Notes under the pieces: generated by a model
What the model was told of the DNA's origin: nothing
Seen by the model: only the letters and a program-made list of their open reading frames with translations
Databases searched by the model: none
NCBI GenBank assembly: GCA_040830765.1
Contig: JBFOMH010000006.1
Location: forward strand, 1-64,000
DNA length: 64,000 bases
Direction of reading: 5' to 3'
From: Puniceicoccaceae bacterium
Lineage (GTDB): Bacteria > Verrucomicrobiota > Verrucomicrobiia > Opitutales > Oceanipulchritudinaceae
Translations under genes and position numbers: made by a program
Part shown: positions 26,618 to 36,770 of the stretch, in pieces
Layout: every line of letters starts with the position of its first letter
Position numbering within the stretch: position 1 is the first letter of the stretch

Positions 26618-26656
26618 TGGAAATTCCACATCAGAAACCTTCAATTTGCATAAGTC

Positions 26657-28762
26657 ATGACGAAACAACCATCATCCCAACCTGAAGAAGCTGATACCCT
26701 CTCAAAAGATCCTGTCAGTAAAGGATTCATTTCTGAGCTGCGCCGAAGGAAAGTATTCCGGGTTGCGATAACCTATGCGGTTGTCGCCTGGTTGATTATT
26801 CAAATTGCTTCTGCTACCTTTGAGGGTTTCGGCATTCCGGAATGGGCCTTCAGGTTTGTCGTTGTGATGCTCATTCTGGGATTCCCGATTGCCCTGATTA
26901 TCGCCTGGGCTGTTGAGCTAACGCCGGACGGGGTCAAGTTGACCAGCCATGTCACCCCGACTGAGCGTGCCAGCAGTTCCCAGAAGAAGCGCAATTGGCT
27001 CGCCTTCGCGTTTGCCAGTGGGTTGCCAACCGTGATTTTCGGTACCCTGGCGGCCTTTTTCTATTTTACACGTGGGGCACCTGACCTGGGAGCCGCTGAG
27101 CTGGATAAGTCCATCGCGGTCCTGCCATTCCGCAATGTCAGCGAAGATGTCAACAATGCCTACTTCTGTGACGGGGTTCAGGAGGACATCCTCACCACCC
27201 TGGCCAATATCGGGGACATGCAGGTGATATCGCGCACTTCCGTCATGCGGTACCGGGAGACCGACAAGACCATTCCCGAGATTGGCGCGGAACTGGGTGT
27301 TTCCTACATCCTCGAAGGCAGCGTCCAGCGGGCGGGCAGCCGGGTCCGGGTAACGGGACAGTTGATCAATGCCCAGACCGATGAACACCTCTGGGCCAAG
27401 AATTATGACCGTGACCTGACTGACATTTTTGAGATCCAGGCAGAGATCTCCAAGGAGATTGCCCAGTCCCTCCAGGCCATCCTGACCCCGGAAGAAGCCG
27501 CGGAAATAGAAAAGGCCGTCAACGTGCATCCGGCTGCCTACGATCTGGTCCTCAAGGGGCGAGCTCTAGCTGAGGAAGCCATCTATTCCAGTAATCAGAC
27601 TGACTATTTGGACCGTCAGGAAGTCCTGTTTCGTGCAGCGACAGAAATGGATCCGAATTACGTGGATGCCTGGGTGGAGCTGGCCTATATCCATGTCTGG
27701 AAATACTGGATTTATCTGGATTCTGACCCCGAGCGCTTGCAAAAGGCCAAGGCGGCCATCGACCGGGCCATCGAACTAGCGCCACTTTCAGGACAGGTCC
27801 TGATCGGTTTGGGGAATTACTACTATTATGGGTTCCGTGACTACACCAATGCCCGCATCCAATATGAAAAGGCACTCGCACGGTCGCCCAATAATGCGGA
27901 GGCCCTGGCATTCCTCGGTTACATCTCCCGTCGGGAAGGCAAATGGGAGGATGTGCTGAAGTACTTCGGCGAGTCCTACCGGTTGGACCCCAATAATGTG
28001 GATCTCGTCAATAACTATCTTGAATCCCTTTCCGGAGTTCGTCGCTACACAGAGGCTGCCAAAGTCGCCCGACATCTGGAGCAACTAACCACTGACGATA
28101 CATACGATGACCTGAGGACACTGGTTAATGACGCATTGGCGAATGACAATTTGCAGGAGTTGGAGAGCTACTCCAGGAATATTACTCCTGAACAAATGGC
28201 CGAGGATAAGGATCTTTTCCAGATTAAGCTGATTCTCTCAGCCATCCTGGGAGATCCCCAATCCATAATCAGCATTTGGGAGGGCGAGCATCCGGAAGGA
28301 TATGATCCTGCATTCTGGAGAGCCAAGGAGTACTATGGAATCTCACTCAGGATCATGGGACGACCAGAAGCGGCGACCCGGATTTTCCAGGAGTTGCTCG
28401 AGAGTGCACGGGAGTCCCTGAAGGAAAATCCGGAGAATCAGAATCTGCAAGCTCAGTTGGGAAGAATTCTGGCATTAATCGGCCAACGCGAAGAATCACT
28501 GGAAGTCCTGGACACCCTCCTGGAATACACAGCAGATACAGACAGCCTCCGCCACTTTGAGACGCTCAACGACAAGATCCGAAGTCTTATTCATCTGGGA
28601 GATACCGAGACCGCCCTCGATCTGCTACTGGAGATCATGGACAAACCCAATGCGCCCAATCCCAATTTCCTCGAGACTCACTTGGATTACTGGCCACTGC
28701 GTGACCATCCCAAGTTCAAGGCAATCGTTGCCGATCCCGCTTACAAAAGACCCATTATTTAA
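26657..28762 (+). CDS. Membrane-anchored TolB-N-like / TPR protein
   Basis: 'ELRRRKVFRVAITYAVVAWLIIQ' plus three TM helices; 'KSIAVLPFRNVS...YFCDGVQEDILTTL...VISRTSV...ILEGSVQRAG'; TPR repeats. No cyclase or kinase domain is visible. Confidence 0.85.
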   Translation: MTKQPSSQPEEADTLSKDPVSKGFISELRRRKVFRVAITYAVVAWLIIQIASATFEGFGIPEWAFRFVVVMLILGFPIALIIAWAVELTPDGVKLTSHVTPTERASSSQKKRNWLAFAFASGLPTVIFGTLAAFFYFTRGAPDLGAAELDKSIAVLPFRNVSEDVNNAYFCDGVQEDILTTLANIGDMQVISRTSVMRYRETDKTIPEIGAELGVSYILEGSVQRAGSRVRVTGQLINAQTDEHLWAKNYDRDLTDIFEIQAEISKEIAQSLQAILTPEEAAEIEKAVNVHPAAYDLVLKGRALAEEAIYSSNQTDYLDRQEVLFRAATEMDPNYVDAWVELAYIHVWKYWIYLDSDPERLQKAKAAIDRAIELAPLSGQVLIGLGNYYYYGFRDYTNARIQYEKALARSPNNAEALAFLGYISRREGKWEDVLKYFGESYRLDPNNVDLVNNYLESLSGVRRYTEAAKVARHLEQLTTDDTYDDLRTLVNDALANDNLQELESYSRNITPEQMAEDKDLFQIKLILSAILGDPQSIISIWEGEHPEGYDPAFWRAKEYYGISLRIMGRPEAATRIFQELLESARESLKENPENQNLQAQLGRILALIGQREESLEVLDTLLEYTADTDSLRHFETLNDKIRSLIHLGDTETALDLLLEIMDKPNAPNPNFLETHLDYWPLRDHPKFKAIVADPAYKRPII

Positions 28763-28763
28763 G

Positions 28764-28838
28764 TGGTATCCCCACCGGGGATCGAACCCAGATCTACGGT
28801 TTAGGAAACCGTCGTTCTATCCATTGAACTATGGGGAC
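28764..28838 (-). tRNA. tRNA-Arg (anticodon CCT)
   Basis: Reverse complement GTCCCCATAGTTCAATGGATAGAACGACGGTTTCCTAAACCGTAGATCTGGGTTCGATCCCCGGTGGGGATACCA: 75 nt, acceptor stem GTCCCCA/TGGGGAT, anticodon stem ACGGT/ACCGT, T-loop GTTCGA, encoded CCA. Confidence 0.97.
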
Positions 28839-28846
28839 ACGTTATT

Positions 28847-28901
28847 TATCAACGCTTTAATATCGCATAGATAATTTTTTGTAACCCGTTTTTGTAACCC
28901 G
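28847..28901 (+). promoter_or_regulatory. IHF-consensus site plus a 13-bp tandem direct repeat next to the tRNA (att-like)
   Basis: TATCAA-CGCT-TTA (28847-59) fits WATCAANNNNTTR; TTTTTGTAACCCG occurs twice (28876-88 and 28889-901). Confidence 0.5.
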
Positions 28902-29020
28902 GTGTCGCAAAACAGGCTAGTGGATTTCGATTCATGAGGGAAACTCAGCCACAGGCAAGGTGGAAATTACACGGCGATTTTCTGCATTAGAGGGGCGAAT
29001 AGCACTTATAAGCTATTGGC

Positions 29021-29050
29021 TTGATATCCCTGCTGGGCTCTTGCTAAAGT
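29021..29050 (+). promoter_or_regulatory. Putative promoter of the serine hydrolase gene (leaderless)
   Basis: TTGATA-N18-TAAAGT with an extended -10 TG; ATG follows 6 nt after the -10. Confidence 0.45.
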
Positions 29051-29056
29051 CCCTCC

Positions 29057-31567
29057 ATGAGGACTTTATGGAGGATTTCAGGGGCATTGTTTCTAATTTT
29101 AGTTGGTAGCACCTTCCTTACGGGGGCAACCATGATCATCCATATCGAGCGGACGACAATGCCGCTAGAGGAGTGGACGATCCTGAGCGATTATTACAAG
29201 GAACATGCCAATCTCATTGTTGACCCGTCCCAAGGCGACGATTTCCGGGTCGAAGTAACGGAGACATCTATTGACTACATATATGGATTTGATGAGGGGC
29301 TGGACTATGAGTACTATGCCTGGTGGTCAGGGGCATACCTGGACAATATTAACGCGGAACTCGAGAAAGACGGCTCAGGCATTCGCTACCGGGTGTCTGC
29401 CGAGGGAAAACTGAGCGATGCGACCAATCCCTGGACTTCCGTGAACTGGTTACCCGGGGTGAATGTTGTCGATGGAGACTATCTGGAAACAGAGTACCTG
29501 GGCTGGCTGTTGGCAGAGAATTGGGATGTTGCCGGTCAATTCTGGGCTTATCCGGTATCCGGTCCGTTGGCAGGCAGTTGGCTATATGTTTTGTATAGCG
29601 GATTTTACTACAGCATGGACAGAAACACCTGGCTGTGGAATTGGCCCGGAACGCCTTGGATGTTTCAATACGACTTGACCGGTGAGACGCCTGGATTCTG
29701 GTTTTTCCTGGAATCGGATCCACCACCACCACCCAGGATGGCTGGCTTGGATGACATTGTCATTGACGAAATGATTAAACAGAACATCCCGGGAATTGCG
29801 GTCGGGGTATTCAAGGACGGGGCATTGATCCATCTCGCTGGCTACGGCGTCACTGACATTGAAAGCCAGACCCCGGTGACGACAAACACCCTGTTTCGGT
29901 GGGCCTCGATCTCCAAGCCGCTGACTTCCATTGCCGCCTTCCAGATGATGGAAGATGACAGCCTTGACTTCAATCTGAACGACAAGGTCATCAAGCACGC
30001 TCCCTATTGGGAGCATGGCGCCGGGCTACCGCAGGACGAAATCACCATACGGCATCTGCTGACCAACCGGAGCGGCATTCACCAATACGGGAATGGATTT
30101 GATTTCGATGGGGATGGTTCACCGGACAATACCTATTCGTGGCACTCTTCGAATTATGGTGATCCGGATCCGAGCGGGTTTGACGGTGAGAAATCTGTAT
30201 CCGTCTTCATGGATACGGGATTGGATTTTTATCCGGGTGACCAGTACCTCTACACCTCGTTCGGATTCAATCTCCTGGGAGCAGCCATTGATACAGCAAG
30301 TCCCACCGGATATGTGGATTGGGTGATGCAGAACATCGCCAATCCGCTGGGAATGGATTCACTCCAAGTCTCCACAGCCGATCGAGCAGGATACCGGAAA
30401 GTCTGTGACGGGGTGCTGAACAAGCTCACTATCAAAAGTGTTGAATGGAAGTTGCCGGGTGGGGGATGGGAATCCGACATTCATGACTTGGCCAAGTTTG
30501 CCATGGGCATCGCGGAGGGCTCCCTCCTCGTCAATACCACCTCCATTTGGCAACCCGTTCCAGGGAATGGCGATTACAGCCATGGAATCAATGCCGTGTA
30601 CTTCGATTTTGGAACGTATCTATACCACGGGGGCGCGCACGACAATTTGCGGACACGGATGACAATTTGGCCCCTTGATGACTCTGGTGTTGTTGTCATG
30701 ACCTATGCCGAGCACGCCGACACGGAACGAATCGCCTACAGGCTGGAGAATGCGGCGGGCTTCGTTAACTGGTCTGTCAATACGGACACGGTTGTTCTCT
30801 GCGACAGCGATATCGGGGCCTGTAATGGTCAGTTTACAGCGGTTTGGCGCAAGACTGATGAAGATGTCATCCTTCGCCGTGGCTACTCACACGCCGGGTT
30901 CCTGCATGAGTGGCAATTCCTCCGCGAAAACGGATACTACTGCGATGAATTCGAGGTCCACATGGTTGATGGCCAACCGAAATGGGACGGCATCTTTCGC
31001 AAAGGCACCGGAGCCAATGCCATGTGGCGTGGATACGACTTTGCCGCATTCGAACAGAAAGTGGACGAAATGGCAGCTATCGGTCAGCGTCTCGTCGATG
31101 TGGAGGTTTACCTTTCCGGTCAATCAATCAAGTATGCCGGACTCTTTCGCCCGGGGACTGGAAGCTATGCCATCGTCTCGAATCTATCCACAGCGGAATT
31201 TGCCACGCGCCGTGAAGAGTTGGCTGCCCAGGGAATGAAACTTATCGACATTGAGTCAGTGCTCATTTCCGATGACCTTCAGTTGTGGGCGGGAGTCTTT
31301 GTCGCCGGCCAGGACGGGCTACTCAACCGGAACTATACCGCCCAGGACTTCTTTGATCTCACCCTGACCCGGGCGACCCAAGGGTGGCGACTGATTGATA
31401 TCGAGACCTACAACTACCAGGGAGGGCGCCGTTACGCGGGTATTTGGGAGCAAGCCACTGGTCAGGAAGTTTTCTTTTATGACAAGGACTACTGCGAGCT
31501 CATGGACATCCACGACAACTATCGTGGCCGGGGCTTTGAGATGGTGGACTGGGAATACTACGAGTAA
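29057..31567 (+). CDS. Secreted serine hydrolase (beta-lactamase/AmpC-like fold) with a Trp-rich N-terminal domain and C-terminal tandem repeats (BTRD1/polyglycine-hydrolase-like)
   Basis: SxxK in 'FRWASISKP', 'IRHLLTNRSG', 'YLYTSFGFNLLG' and 'YHGGAH'. Repeats of about 50 aa such as 'GQRLVDVEVY...KYAGLF' and 'GWRLIDIETY...RYAGIW'. Confidence 0.85.
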   Translation: MRTLWRISGALFLILVGSTFLTGATMIIHIERTTMPLEEWTILSDYYKEHANLIVDPSQGDDFRVEVTETSIDYIYGFDEGLDYEYYAWWSGAYLDNINAELEKDGSGIRYRVSAEGKLSDATNPWTSVNWLPGVNVVDGDYLETEYLGWLLAENWDVAGQFWAYPVSGPLAGSWLYVLYSGFYYSMDRNTWLWNWPGTPWMFQYDLTGETPGFWFFLESDPPPPPRMAGLDDIVIDEMIKQNIPGIAVGVFKDGALIHLAGYGVTDIESQTPVTTNTLFRWASISKPLTSIAAFQMMEDDSLDFNLNDKVIKHAPYWEHGAGLPQDEITIRHLLTNRSGIHQYGNGFDFDGDGSPDNTYSWHSSNYGDPDPSGFDGEKSVSVFMDTGLDFYPGDQYLYTSFGFNLLGAAIDTASPTGYVDWVMQNIANPLGMDSLQVSTADRAGYRKVCDGVLNKLTIKSVEWKLPGGGWESDIHDLAKFAMGIAEGSLLVNTTSIWQPVPGNGDYSHGINAVYFDFGTYLYHGGAHDNLRTRMTIWPLDDSGVVVMTYAEHADTERIAYRLENAAGFVNWSVNTDTVVLCDSDIGACNGQFTAVWRKTDEDVILRRGYSHAGFLHEWQFLRENGYYCDEFEVHMVDGQPKWDGIFRKGTGANAMWRGYDFAAFEQKVDEMAAIGQRLVDVEVYLSGQSIKYAGLFRPGTGSYAIVSNLSTAEFATRREELAAQGMKLIDIESVLISDDLQLWAGVFVAGQDGLLNRNYTAQDFFDLTLTRATQGWRLIDIETYNYQGGRRYAGIWEQATGQEVFFYDKDYCELMDIHDNYRGRGFEMVDWEYYE

Positions 31568-31654
31568 GCGATTCAAATGCCCAAATGATGAGAAACGATT
31601 AGCTAGATAGTCCTGAGGTGCGTTACGATAACCGTGGAGGGAATCAAAGCCGCC

Positions 31655-32401
31655 TCAGGGGGTCTTTGATACCTTCGGTGTCAACCGGTCATACTCACCC
31701 GGGGTGAGGGGTGCCCGGCGCTGGGGCAATGCCATCGGCCGGGCGAAACGCTCCGGGCGATCCGTGATGACGCGAATGTTTCTCAGACTCAGGGTGTTCT
31801 CCGTTGCCTCCGGCCGGTTGCCAAGGGAATGGATTTTAAAGGCGATGTATCCCTCGTCATATTTCTCATCCAGCAAATGGCAGGTTGGAACGCCGTTTAT
31901 CCAGACCTTGATCACGGGACCCAGGCATTCGATGCGAACATGAGCCCATTCGCCATGGTGGAACGAGGCGCGCCCGGCCTCATTGTCCGACAAGTCGTAG
32001 AGCCACCTCCAGGTGTTACCGAAGTCATCGAAGACACCGCCCGTCCAGGACCGTTTGGTGTTGTCGATCTTCACTTGGTACCCGTTCAGGCGTACCGCGG
32101 CATTGCCGGCCGCATCGATGCAGCGGAGCAGGATGCCGCTGTTGAAATCCGGGTTGTCCTGAAGCTCCAGTTCAAGAATGAAATCACCGTATTCCACCAC
32201 GGTGGCGACGAAGGTGTGTTCGGCGGTATTAATCCTTTGCCGCAAGACCATTGCCCCGTCCTCGACAACGGCCGGTGCCGGATCGGTGAGGGCGACAATC
32301 TTCCAGCCGTCAAAGTCCTTCCCGTTAAAGAGGGAAACCCATGGCAGGTCAGCCGCCGCGGCTGGAAGTGCCATAACGAGGGACACTAGCAATATCCGCA
32401 T
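31655..32401 (-). CDS. DUF1080 (3-keto-disaccharide hydrolase-like) protein, secreted
   Basis: 'WVSLFNGKDFDGW', 'YGDFILELE', 'NSGILLR', 'IKVWINGV' and 'EGYIAFKIH'. Confidence 0.88.
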   Translation of the reverse strand: MRILLVSLVMALPAAAADLPWVSLFNGKDFDGWKIVALTDPAPAVVEDGAMVLRQRINTAEHTFVATVVEYGDFILELELQDNPDFNSGILLRCIDAAGNAAVRLNGYQVKIDNTKRSWTGGVFDDFGNTWRWLYDLSDNEAGRASFHHGEWAHVRIECLGPVIKVWINGVPTCHLLDEKYDEGYIAFKIHSLGNRPEATENTLSLRNIRVITDRPERFARPMALPQRRAPLTPGEYDRLTPKVSKTP

Positions 32402-32408
32402 CGATCCG

Positions 32409-33488
32409 CTATGCTCCCAGATTCCAGCGACGGAAATATAGCGCCTGCCGGACGATTGGCAGGGTGCGCTTTTCGAGGTCCCGCATCTGGGGTTCGCTCA
32501 GCGGCATGAAGTTGGCCGCGCATCGCATATTGGCCTCCAGTTGCTCCACATTGTCCACGCCCACAATGTTCGTGCTCACGGGAAGGGAAAAATTGTAGGC
32601 CAGCGACTCGCTCATGGTGATGGAACCGGGCTTTGCCGTGCGCATGCGCTCCGGCTGTTCTTCGAGGGGATCGGGTTCCCAGGTCGACAGCATGCGGCCG
32701 CGGGTGGCCACCTTCATGCCGATAATGCCCATTTCCTTCTCCAGGGCCACCGGAAGCAGATGCTCGATGAAGCTCAGGTAATGGGGATCCGCGGCGTTCA
32801 CGGCCATCAGGATGCAGTCCAGATTGACGCGGGAAATCAATTCACGCAGGACATTTGGCTCGTAGTGCCCGGTCACGCCAATGAAGCGGACAAGGCCTTC
32901 CTCCTTGGCTTGCTGGAAGGCCTTAAGGGCCCCGTCGGGGGCAAATAGCCGGTCGACTTCCTCCATCTCCTTAAGGTTGTGGATTTGCCATAAGTCGAGA
33001 TGATCGGTATGCATCCGCTTGAAACTGAGTTCAAGATGCGACATCGCGGTGTCGTAATCGCGGCGGGTTGTTTTCGAGGCAAGGAAAACCTCCCGGCGCC
33101 GGTCCCGCATCACGAGACCCACGTGCTCCTCGCTGGCCCCGCGCCCGTAAACATTACTGGTATCAAAGTAATTCACCCCGAGGTCAATGGCCCGGTTCAT
33201 GATATCGACGGCCAGTTTCTCGTTGCCCTTGACCTCAATGGCGGCCTGGCAGCCCAGGCTGAAAATACCGACCCGGAAACCGGTACGCCCGAGGTTCCGC
33301 ATTGGCATGGCATCTGCCGTCCGCGGATTGAATGGCAAGGGGGGCAACTTGCCGTTTGACGCGACCGGTGCAGGGCTTGGATTCTGGGCGCTGAGGGCAA
33401 CGGTCGGGACAGCGGCCATGGTAACGGTTGTCGCCAGGGATGTTCCAAGGAACTTACGGCGGGTGCAGTGTGAGGGGTTCTTTTTCAT
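32409..33488 (-). CDS. Tat-exported aldo/keto reductase
   Basis: Twin-arginine 'TRRKFLG'; catalytic tetrad residues in 'YFDTS..YG', 'LASKT' and 'WQIHN'. Confidence 0.9.
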   Translation of the reverse strand: MKKNPSHCTRRKFLGTSLATTVTMAAVPTVALSAQNPSPAPVASNGKLPPLPFNPRTADAMPMRNLGRTGFRVGIFSLGCQAAIEVKGNEKLAVDIMNRAIDLGVNYFDTSNVYGRGASEEHVGLVMRDRRREVFLASKTTRRDYDTAMSHLELSFKRMHTDHLDLWQIHNLKEMEEVDRLFAPDGALKAFQQAKEEGLVRFIGVTGHYEPNVLRELISRVNLDCILMAVNAADPHYLSFIEHLLPVALEKEMGIIGMKVATRGRMLSTWEPDPLEEQPERMRTAKPGSITMSESLAYNFSLPVSTNIVGVDNVEQLEANMRCAANFMPLSEPQMRDLEKRTLPIVRQALYFRRWNLGA

Positions 33489-33629
33489 CGGCTTATCCTT
33501 TTGCTTGGCTTGGGTTGGTTGCCATTCGGCTGCCCTATGATTGTGGGGCTGGGGTCAGGTCTATTCAATCACATTTGTCGGGCGAGTGTAAGTGGTTCGG
33601 GTCGGTTTTTGACAGAAAGCCTCCATGGA

Positions 33630-36600
33630 TCACTGGCCTTGGAGTGAGATCCTGTAATAGGCGTTACTTCCACCGCGGGGCCGGACGATGCTCTGCCGGT
33701 TGCCATCGCCCGCGGAACTGTGGACGGGATTCCAGTTAAGCAGATCGGTGCTTTCCTCAATGAGGTAGGCCTGGCCGGTTGTGGTGTAGTAATCAAGGGT
33801 TGCGTTGGGAGTGGATCCGCCGGCGGGGGTGAGTGCCTCGATCCGGACTGCGCTTGGAGTCCAGATTCCGGGTGATCCCGCAAAGGCCGGGCTGGCAATC
33901 CAGTCGCTGGCGTTCCCGCCTGCCGGCCATGCCCCGACGGCCTCCAGCGAGGAGCCCGCCCCGTCGGCCAACTGCGGCCAACGTCCGGAATCATGATAGG
34001 CAAACACGGAAATTGGATCCAGGTTGGCGTCGAGGAGGCGGATCCGTTCGCCGCTGTTGGAAAGGTATCCGTCATAGGGGCCGGAAACGGGGGACAGGAC
34101 GGACGGATAGGCCGCCTTGAAGAGGTCGGGATCCTTGGCCACGATAAGCTTTCCGAGGGGAGGCAGGGTTGTTGGCTCAGCGAGCGTCCAGTCGATACCG
34201 TCCGTGAACCGAATGCCGGTCACGCTGAGCGGCGCACTCGATACATTGGATATTTCAATGAATTCAAGGTCTCGTGCTGCTTCTCCCCCGAATGGATGAT
34301 ACATGATTTCCGTGATACGGAGGTATGCCTGCTGGGCGCTGGATGCCGTTGCGGCAAAACTAAAGGAGTCGACAAGGTTTCCGGTCCCGGTCACCAGATC
34401 GATGCTGCCGCCCGTATTGGGAAGATAGCCGCTGTAGGGTCCCTGCACAAAGGCGGATTCGCCCCGTTTGGGACTGGTCGACCGGTTTCGGAAGGCGACA
34501 ACATCGGGGGAGAGGTAAAGGCTGTCTCCGGGTGTCAGGACAACGCCCTCCTGGAAGGTCATGCTGACTGCTCCAGTGACCGACCAGCCGGACAAATCGA
34601 CAGCCCGATTCCCGAAATTCCGGATCCGGATGTATTCCTCAAGTGGATTGCCGGAAGCCGGAGTTGCCCTGACCTCGGTAATCCTTATGTCTATCGCCTC
34701 GGTGGGAACCGGCAGGGGAATGATTCCACCATTCTCCTCCGCGTGAGTTCCATAGAGGTAGTTGCGGCGGGAGGCGAGAAAGTTGTCCCGGACTTCGCCC
34801 AAGTCAATTTCATACAGCCCCCACTTGGCGAAGTCCAAGTCGGCATCGAACTTGTAGGCCGCATAAAGGCTGTTCATGCGATTCTCAAAGTATCCGTCAG
34901 CCAGATTAGTCCCGGGAGCTTGTAGCCAGGTATCCATTACAGTCCGCAGACGCCGGAGATACATGGCCTTGGTTCGCGAGTCCATCAAGAGGGCCCCGAA
35001 AAGGCGGTTGTATTCGCCACCTGAATACTGTGGATGGTCCGCGTCACCATAGAGCGGGTGGGAACGGCGATCGTTGTTCGCAGGGGTCCAGTAGGTCTCG
35101 GCAAAGAAAGTCAGGTTAAGGTCCCATGGAAAGACCGACCATTCCCGGGTTCCATTGATATCATGGTAGAGATAGTAGTTATGCCACTGGTTGTCCGTGT
35201 GCTTGAGGATGACCCCGGTCGCGATGTAGTTGATGACCTGTGGAACATTGATGGTGTCAAAGAGGACTGACTGGAGGGTGGAACCGGAGGACTTGAGACT
35301 TTGCACAAGCGCCACCAGATCGTCGGAGGGCTCATCCTTGTTGGTCCGTTTCTCGATTCCATCGGTAGTCACGAGGTACCCGTCCGGTTTGCCAACCGCC
35401 TTGTAAAGGGAGCCATTCTCATCCAGTCCATTGCGCTCAAGGAAGCGGTCATCAACCTGTTCGAGGAAGGTCGCGACGCTGAAGAACTGTCCATTCTGGC
35501 GGATGTGCATGTTGAAGGCGAGCGAGGCGGGAATCTGATTGGTGCGGAAAGTCTCATAGGCGAGGACCTCCCTCATGAACGAGTCGTCGAAGCGTGCGGT
35601 GCCCACCGGGAAATAGGTGGACTGGAGATTGAATTCCTCGACACGCCGCAAGTCCGGGGAGAATTTGAACTTGGGGTCCCCGTCAAAATCAAACTTGAGG
35701 GCTTGTTTCGGGGAATCGTCTGTTGATTGGCCCCTGCGGCGGACGGTCACATTGTCGTAGAATTCCCCGTTGAAGTAGAGGCAGGTGGCGGTTTCGTCCC
35801 GGTTGTTTTCAAAACCCCGAATGATATTCCACTTCGGGTCTTCCACAAACCAGTGGAGCACCGGCAGGAAGCTCTGGATACTGGTATCCTTATAGACCAG
35901 TCCATGCTGGCGGGCAAGCTGGGATATGGCGGGGGATTGTCCTGTGTCACCATTCCCGTCCACTGCCGAAATGATGTAACGGAGCATCTCGCCCGGGTTG
36001 GCAATATTTCCTGGAATGAAGGCGGTATAAATCCCGTCATTGGCCAGCGCGTCCCCAGCAGTCCCGTTATCCACCATGGGAATGGCAGTGGGCTGGCCAT
36101 ACATGATGGTGTACCGGAGCTGGGCCGAAGCGACCACCGTGGTCGTGCTGGCAATGGCGGCCGTCACCTTGACCGGTTCCCCAGGCAGGGGTTCATGGGG
36201 GGCATGAAGGACTTCAGTAATCTCCGGTCCGAGAGATCCCGTAAGCGCCCCGTTGGCAGCGCCCGGAGTCGGCTGGAAAAAGTATCCCCATGCGGAGCCG
36301 GGCCCCAGGCCATAGCTGACATCTGCCAATTGCTCCGGGAACTGGGGCGAGTAGGCGTGATGGATCGTAACCCCGTCAGGCTCCACCAGGGCCAGGTATT
36401 CTCCCCCGGAGCTGAGTTTGAAATTCGTATGCAATTGGGAACCCGCAACGGCCCGGTCCTTTCCTGAGGCAAAGACGACCAAATATCCCTTGGCAGGGAT
36501 AGTGACCTGCGGGAGCCGCCAACGGGTCAGGTTCAGTGGATCATCCGTCAGGTACCAGCCATCCAGGTTGACCGGGACAAACTGATCATTTGACAATTCC

Positions 36601-36770
36601 AGCCAGTCGCTGCTGTTGCCATCAACGTCATCAAGGGTGGTGTTGTTGGATGCCATGAACTCATTGATGAAGAGCCTCGCGGAGCAGGGGGCGGCAACGA
36701 GTAGAATGGTAGCACAGGCAAGGGTGAGGCCGGGTAGCCGGAATGGGGACATTAATCTTTCGGCATGCAT
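33630..36770 (-). CDS. Lamin-tail-domain / CotH kinase family secreted protein
   Basis: LTDs 'LFINEFMASN...DWLEL', 'IRITEV' and 'LRITEIMYHP...EFIEI'. CotH core 'RRRGQST', 'MREVLAY', 'HNYYLY' and 'FPWDLNLTF'. C-terminal 'YLIEESTDLLNW...YYRI'. Confidence 0.88.
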   Translation of the reverse strand: MHAERLMSPFRLPGLTLACATILLVAAPCSARLFINEFMASNNTTLDDVDGNSSDWLELSNDQFVPVNLDGWYLTDDPLNLTRWRLPQVTIPAKGYLVVFASGKDRAVAGSQLHTNFKLSSGGEYLALVEPDGVTIHHAYSPQFPEQLADVSYGLGPGSAWGYFFQPTPGAANGALTGSLGPEITEVLHAPHEPLPGEPVKVTAAIASTTTVVASAQLRYTIMYGQPTAIPMVDNGTAGDALANDGIYTAFIPGNIANPGEMLRYIISAVDGNGDTGQSPAISQLARQHGLVYKDTSIQSFLPVLHWFVEDPKWNIIRGFENNRDETATCLYFNGEFYDNVTVRRRGQSTDDSPKQALKFDFDGDPKFKFSPDLRRVEEFNLQSTYFPVGTARFDDSFMREVLAYETFRTNQIPASLAFNMHIRQNGQFFSVATFLEQVDDRFLERNGLDENGSLYKAVGKPDGYLVTTDGIEKRTNKDEPSDDLVALVQSLKSSGSTLQSVLFDTINVPQVINYIATGVILKHTDNQWHNYYLYHDINGTREWSVFPWDLNLTFFAETYWTPANNDRRSHPLYGDADHPQYSGGEYNRLFGALLMDSRTKAMYLRRLRTVMDTWLQAPGTNLADGYFENRMNSLYAAYKFDADLDFAKWGLYEIDLGEVRDNFLASRRNYLYGTHAEENGGIIPLPVPTEAIDIRITEVRATPASGNPLEEYIRIRNFGNRAVDLSGWSVTGAVSMTFQEGVVLTPGDSLYLSPDVVAFRNRSTSPKRGESAFVQGPYSGYLPNTGGSIDLVTGTGNLVDSFSFAATASSAQQAYLRITEIMYHPFGGEAARDLEFIEISNVSSAPLSVTGIRFTDGIDWTLAEPTTLPPLGKLIVAKDPDLFKAAYPSVLSPVSGPYDGYLSNSGERIRLLDANLDPISVFAYHDSGRWPQLADGAGSSLEAVGAWPAGGNASDWIASPAFAGSPGIWTPSAVRIEALTPAGGSTPNATLDYYTTTGQAYLIEESTDLLNWNPVHSSAGDGNRQSIVRPRGGSNAYYRISLQGQ

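Noticed and set aside
29057..31567. Calling the serine hydrolase an antibiotic-resistance beta-lactamase
   Set aside because: It shares only the fold; it lacks YxN and KTG and carries unrelated accessory domains.
36743..36751. atggggaca match to the tRNA 5' end as a second att site
   Set aside because: Only 9 bp and inside a coding region; compatible with chance.
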